Assembly: GCA_964471545.1 (NCBI GenBank)
Contig: CAYYJX010000003.1
Span: 336 to 64,335 of the forward strand
DNA length: 64,000 nt
DNA from: an uncultured Fimbriimonas sp.
GTDB taxonomy: Bacteria; Armatimonadota; Fimbriimonadia; Fimbriimonadales; Fimbriimonadaceae
Reading direction: 5' to 3'
The notes beneath the pieces were generated by a model. The model ran no database searches, had not been told where the DNA came from, and saw nothing but the letters and a program-made list of their open reading frames with translations. Made by a program: the position numbers and the translations under genes. Below, piece by piece: positions 60,563 to 64,000 of the stretch (positions within the stretch are counted from its first letter, which is position 1; each line of letters opens with the position of its first letter).

Positions 60563-61732
60563 CACTCGGGTGGATCGAAGGCCCAGTTCTAACCCGCGCA
60601 GTTCGGCCAACCCGCGCAATCGACCAACATACGAGTAGCCCGGATACGCCCTCTCGGAGTTTGAATCTCCCTCCATCGCATGCCCGTGGTCCGGTCTCAT
60701 CGGGACGGAAAGGTTGCGGTGCTCACAGACCGCGATCGCCTCGCGCATAACATCGACCATGCTGGAGCTCCCCGCGAGATGGTCGTCTTCGAAGAAACTC
60801 CCATCCTCTTCTCGGAAAACGCTGCGTAGGTGGAAGAAGTGAATTCGATCTGCATATTTCCGCACCAAGTTCGGGAGGTGATTTCGCGGATGCGCACCAA
60901 GAGACCCCGTGCAGAATGTGAGTCCGTTTGCCACCGAAGGAACCGCCGCGAAGAGTCGGTCTAGGTCTTCCTCGGTTCCAGCAATTCGGGGGAGCCCGAA
61001 CACCGGAAAAGGCGGATCATCCGGGTGCAACGCCATCACAACCCCCGCTTCCTCAGCCACCGGAATAACCTCTCTAAGGAACTCGATGACATTCTTGAGG
61101 AGTGCCTCAGAGTCGATCGAGTCATACTCGGCAAGCCGCTCCAGAAACTCGCTCGGAGTCAGGTCTTTGACAGTTCCGGGAAGGCCAAGCAAGATTGTTT
61201 TGGTGAGGTCTTCCCTCTCCGACTCGGTCAAAGAAGACCACCGGTCTTCAGCGCTCGCCTGCACGGCAGGCGAATACTGATCGCGAGCACCTGGACGCCT
61301 GAGTACGAACAAATCGAAGGCGGCGGCTTCGATGGCATCGAATCGCAGGGCTAAGGCGCCCGTGGGCATTGGCATTCTCAGATTAGTCCGTGTCCAATCC
61401 GTCACCGCCATGAAGTTGTAACAGACGACCTTGATCCCGCAACGCCCAAGATTCCGCAGACTTTGCTTGTAGGCCTCGACGTAGCGCTCGAACTCGCCAG
61501 AGCGCTGCTTGATCGATTCATGGACAGGAACGCTCTCGACGACCGACCATCGCAAACCTTCGGCTTCGATGAGCGCCTTGTGAGCCTGGATCTCATCGAC
61601 CGACCAGACATCGCCAGGTGATCGATGATGGAGCGCAGACACAATGCCCGTGGCCCCCGCTTGACGGATTTGACGTAGCGTTACGACGTCGCGAGGCCCA
61701 AACCATCGCATGGTTTGTTCTAGAAACGGCAT
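60548..61732 (-). CDS. uxuA: Mannonate dehydratase
   Basis: MRWFGP, SVVESVPVHE, CYNFM, LHPDDPP, FCTGSLG, RPDHGH, PGYSYVGRLRG. Confidence 0.96.
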   Translation of the reverse strand: MPFLEQTMRWFGPRDVVTLRQIRQAGATGIVSALHHRSPGDVWSVDEIQAHKALIEAEGLRWSVVESVPVHESIKQRSGEFERYVEAYKQSLRNLGRCGIKVVCYNFMAVTDWTRTNLRMPMPTGALALRFDAIEAAAFDLFVLRRPGARDQYSPAVQASAEDRWSSLTESEREDLTKTILLGLPGTVKDLTPSEFLERLAEYDSIDSEALLKNVIEFLREVIPVAEEAGVVMALHPDDPPFPVFGLPRIAGTEEDLDRLFAAVPSVANGLTFCTGSLGAHPRNHLPNLVRKYADRIHFFHLRSVFREEDGSFFEDDHLAGSSSMVDVMREAIAVCEHRNLSVPMRPDHGHAMEGDSNSERAYPGYSYVGRLRGLAELRGLELGLRSTRVLSDL

Positions 61733-61734
61733 GG

Positions 61735-62679
61735 CTATCTTCCCGCTCCGGTAGTTCGGTTGATGAACAATTCGAGGGTCTTGCGATCCGGGGCTCCTTC
61801 CCAGTCACCTGCGCATTGACAACTGATGGCACCAAGGGCGTTGCCCCTGCGTAGCGATTCCTCCCACGTCAGGTTTTCCAAGAATCCGGAGACAACGCCG
61901 GCACCAAACGCATCTCCCGCGCCCACCGGATCAACGACCTGCTTGACCGCGTATGCAGGAACCTGGGCGGTCTTATCGACTCCGTGGTACCAGCTACCGT
62001 TTTCGCCGTCCTTAATCACGGCATGCTGAACACCCGCCCCGTGTAACCGTTCGGCAAGTTCAGACCCAGACGCACCGGATTGAAGCAGCATTTCTGCCTC
62101 ATCCTTCCCTGCCAACACTCCGGTAAATCGGGGTAACAGCGGAACTAGAAGCTCTCGTGCTTGCTCATCGGACCATAGCTTTCGTCGGTGATTGGGATCG
62201 AACCAAATGGGTACTCCAAGACGTTCGGCGGTATCGATCCAATGCACGAATGCTTTCCGGCAAGAAGGGCTTAAGGCAGGCGTGATGCCCGTCAGATAGA
62301 GGATCGAGGCCCCTTCTAGGGCTGCTTGCGCATGATCGCTTAGATCGGACTGCGCCATGATCGAATGACTCCGGTAGTAAATCACTTCGGGTTCGAGCCC
62401 TGGTCTGGGTGCCTTTACCATGAGCGCGGTCGACCCTGAACTCTGCTGAATGAAGCGCGTATCCACGCCTTCGGAGTTCAAGCCTTTGCGCACCATCTCC
62501 CCAAGCGGATCGTCTCCCAGAGCGCTTACCCAACGTGTGGAGTGCCCTAGACGAGCCAGGCCAATCGCCACATTTACTTCTGCTCCGGCAAACGAAAGAT
62601 CGAGTTGTCCGCCCTTTGCCAGCGGTCTCCCTCGACTTTCATTGAGGTTGACGAGCGCTTCACCCAGTAGAACAATCAT
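61735..62679 (-). CDS. kdgK: 2-keto-3-deoxygluconate kinase (PfkB family)
   Basis: AGAEVNVAIGLARLG, FDPNHR, DPVGAGDAF; located between eda and uxuA. Confidence 0.88.
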   Translation of the reverse strand: MIVLLGEALVNLNESRGRPLAKGGQLDLSFAGAEVNVAIGLARLGHSTRWVSALGDDPLGEMVRKGLNSEGVDTRFIQQSSGSTALMVKAPRPGLEPEVIYYRSHSIMAQSDLSDHAQAALEGASILYLTGITPALSPSCRKAFVHWIDTAERLGVPIWFDPNHRRKLWSDEQARELLVPLLPRFTGVLAGKDEAEMLLQSGASGSELAERLHGAGVQHAVIKDGENGSWYHGVDKTAQVPAYAVKQVVDPVGAGDAFGAGVVSGFLENLTWEESLRRGNALGAISCQCAGDWEGAPDRKTLELFINRTTGAGR

Positions 62680-62687
62680 TCGGCGTC

Positions 62688-63290
62688 CTAACCTTTTGCC
62701 GCCTCAGCAACGTACTGTTGGGCAAGTGCGGAAAGCGCTCGCCAGTCTGATTGCCGAACCAAGTTTAAGTCGACTAGGTTGCTGCCTACGCCTACCGCTG
62801 GACACACCTTTAGGAACAAGCTCATGTTCTCAAGAGTCACGCCACCGGTTGGAACAATCTTGACCATAGGAAGGGGTCCAAGAACGTTTTTGATGTAATC
62901 GAGGCCGAGCGATCCGGCTGGAAAAAGCTTGACGTAATCGGCACCGCTATTGTGCGCTTGTTGGATTTCGGTAGGAGTCATCGCTCCGCAAAGCACCGGA
63001 ATCCCTTCTTTACGACAGACTTCCACCGAATCGGGCTGCAACGTGGGGGTGACAACGAACTGCGATCCGGCACTGATGGCCCTCAATGCATCGGCAGGAC
63101 GAAGGATTGTCCCCGCACCCACTTGAGCCCGGTCGCCCAATGCCGAGCGCAAAGACTCGATTCCGTCGAGTGCGTCGGGAGTATTCAGTGTCACTTCCAC
63201 GTACCGAATTCCACCCTCTACCAAAGCCAAACCCGTTTGAAGAATATCGATGGGCTCTGGGGAACGGATGATGGCGACCACGCCTTGCAT
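62688..63290 (-). CDS. eda: KDPG/KHG aldolase
   Basis: EVTLNTP, GAGT, GAMTPTE, VKLFPA, PTGGV. Confidence 0.94.
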   Translation of the reverse strand: MQGVVAIIRSPEPIDILQTGLALVEGGIRYVEVTLNTPDALDGIESLRSALGDRAQVGAGTILRPADALRAISAGSQFVVTPTLQPDSVEVCRKEGIPVLCGAMTPTEIQQAHNSGADYVKLFPAGSLGLDYIKNVLGPLPMVKIVPTGGVTLENMSLFLKVCPAVGVGSNLVDLNLVRQSDWRALSALAQQYVAEAAKG

Positions 63291-63434
63291 GGTTGAACGT
63301 TACACCTTTTGGGTGTAGATTCGCCTTCCTGGTAGTGCCATTCGTTGCCACTTTTTGGCACCGATTGAGACCTTTTGAAGGTCCATGGCACTTGATACAT
63401 CGTTTGTTCCGCCCATCTCTGGCATAGTGAACAC

Positions 63435-64000
63435 ATGACCCCGCAGTTAGAGAGCAATCTTCCACCGAGCGCTTTCAACCTTCGAACGGACGTAGACAGC
63501 GCGATCCGCAACGGCCCCATCGTCGATCTGCACACTCACCTGTTCGCGCCCGAGTTTGGAAAGATGAACCTTTGGGGGATTGATGAGTTACTGACCTACC
63601 ACTATCTCATCGCTGAATCGCTACGCGCCGACCCCTCCGTTTCTCCGGAGGAGTTCTTTGGGTTGCCCAAGTCCGGCCAGGCAGATTTTGTTTGGAGAAC
63701 GTTGTTTGTGGACCGAGCTCCCCTGAGCGAAGCCACCTCGGGCGTGCTCACGGTTCTCGAGGCATTTGGTCTGGATCCCGAATCATCGAACCTCACCCAG
63801 GCGCGCGAGTTCTTTGCCGACCAAAACCCGCACGCGCACCTCGATCGAGTCTTGGAGCTGGCGGGAGTCGAGTCTCTAGTGATGACCAATGATCCGACCG
63901 ATCCCGAAGAGCGTGCTCTGTGGGAGAGCGGTGTCGAGCCCGATCCTCGCTTTCACACGGCGCTCCGAGTGGACCGAATGACCGATGCGGACGAAGCGAC
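63435..64000 (+). CDS. uxaC: Uronate isomerase (Bh0493-like), truncated by the window end
   Basis: Manual translation from ATG 63435: ...DLHTHLF...LWGIDELLTYHYLIAE...VWRTLFVDRAPLSEA...MTNDP; divergent from eda-kdgK-uxuA. Confidence 0.82.
   Translation, partial: MTPQLESNLPPSAFNLRTDVDSAIRNGPIVDLHTHLFAPEFGKMNLWGIDELLTYHYLIAESLRADPSVSPEEFFGLPKSGQADFVWRTLFVDRAPLSEATSGVLTVLEAFGLDPESSNLTQAREFFADQNPHAHLDRVLELAGVESLVMTNDPTDPEERALWESGVEPDPRFHTALRVDRMTDADEA

Overview
This is a GC-rich (roughly 55-60% by eye), densely coding bacterial chromosome segment. Gene content suggests a diderm, plausibly Armatimonadota/Fimbriimonas-like organism (inference from DUF1559-type prepilins, a PEP-CTERM protein and a secretin). 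Housekeeping genes include ubiE/menG, a polyprenyl synthase, pyrR-pyrB-pyrC, rpmB, purF, carA, mutY, hisS, pth, uppP, an MraY/WecA-family transferase, dCMP deaminase, nuoEF, tig, ubiX, gyrA and uxuA-kdgK-eda-uxaC. There is also a complete type II secretion/pseudopilus operon (gspE-F-G-H-I-J-K-L-M-C-D plus a Spy/CpxP-like gene). No rRNA, tRNA, CRISPR array or mobile element was recognised. The most interesting items are: (1) three two-gene cassettes, each a DUF1559-like prepilin followed by a tiny lipoprotein or membrane-anchored partner, one with a perfect LacI-type palindrome upstream and a secreted glycoside hydrolase downstream; (2) a half-length CarB separated from carA by two of these cassettes, with carA and carB sharing a -10/T-tract promoter layout suggestive of UTP sensing; (3) repeated TANNNT-N6-start layouts implying leaderless mRNAs; (4) a PEP-CTERM spondin / ECF sigma / zinc anti-sigma operon; (5) a structured ncRNA candidate upstream of gyrA; (6) several enzymes with altered key residues (PyrC, ApgM-like, a J-domain, HisS motif 2, the GyrA QRDR). 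All product calls come from motif recognition by eye; no database searches were run.
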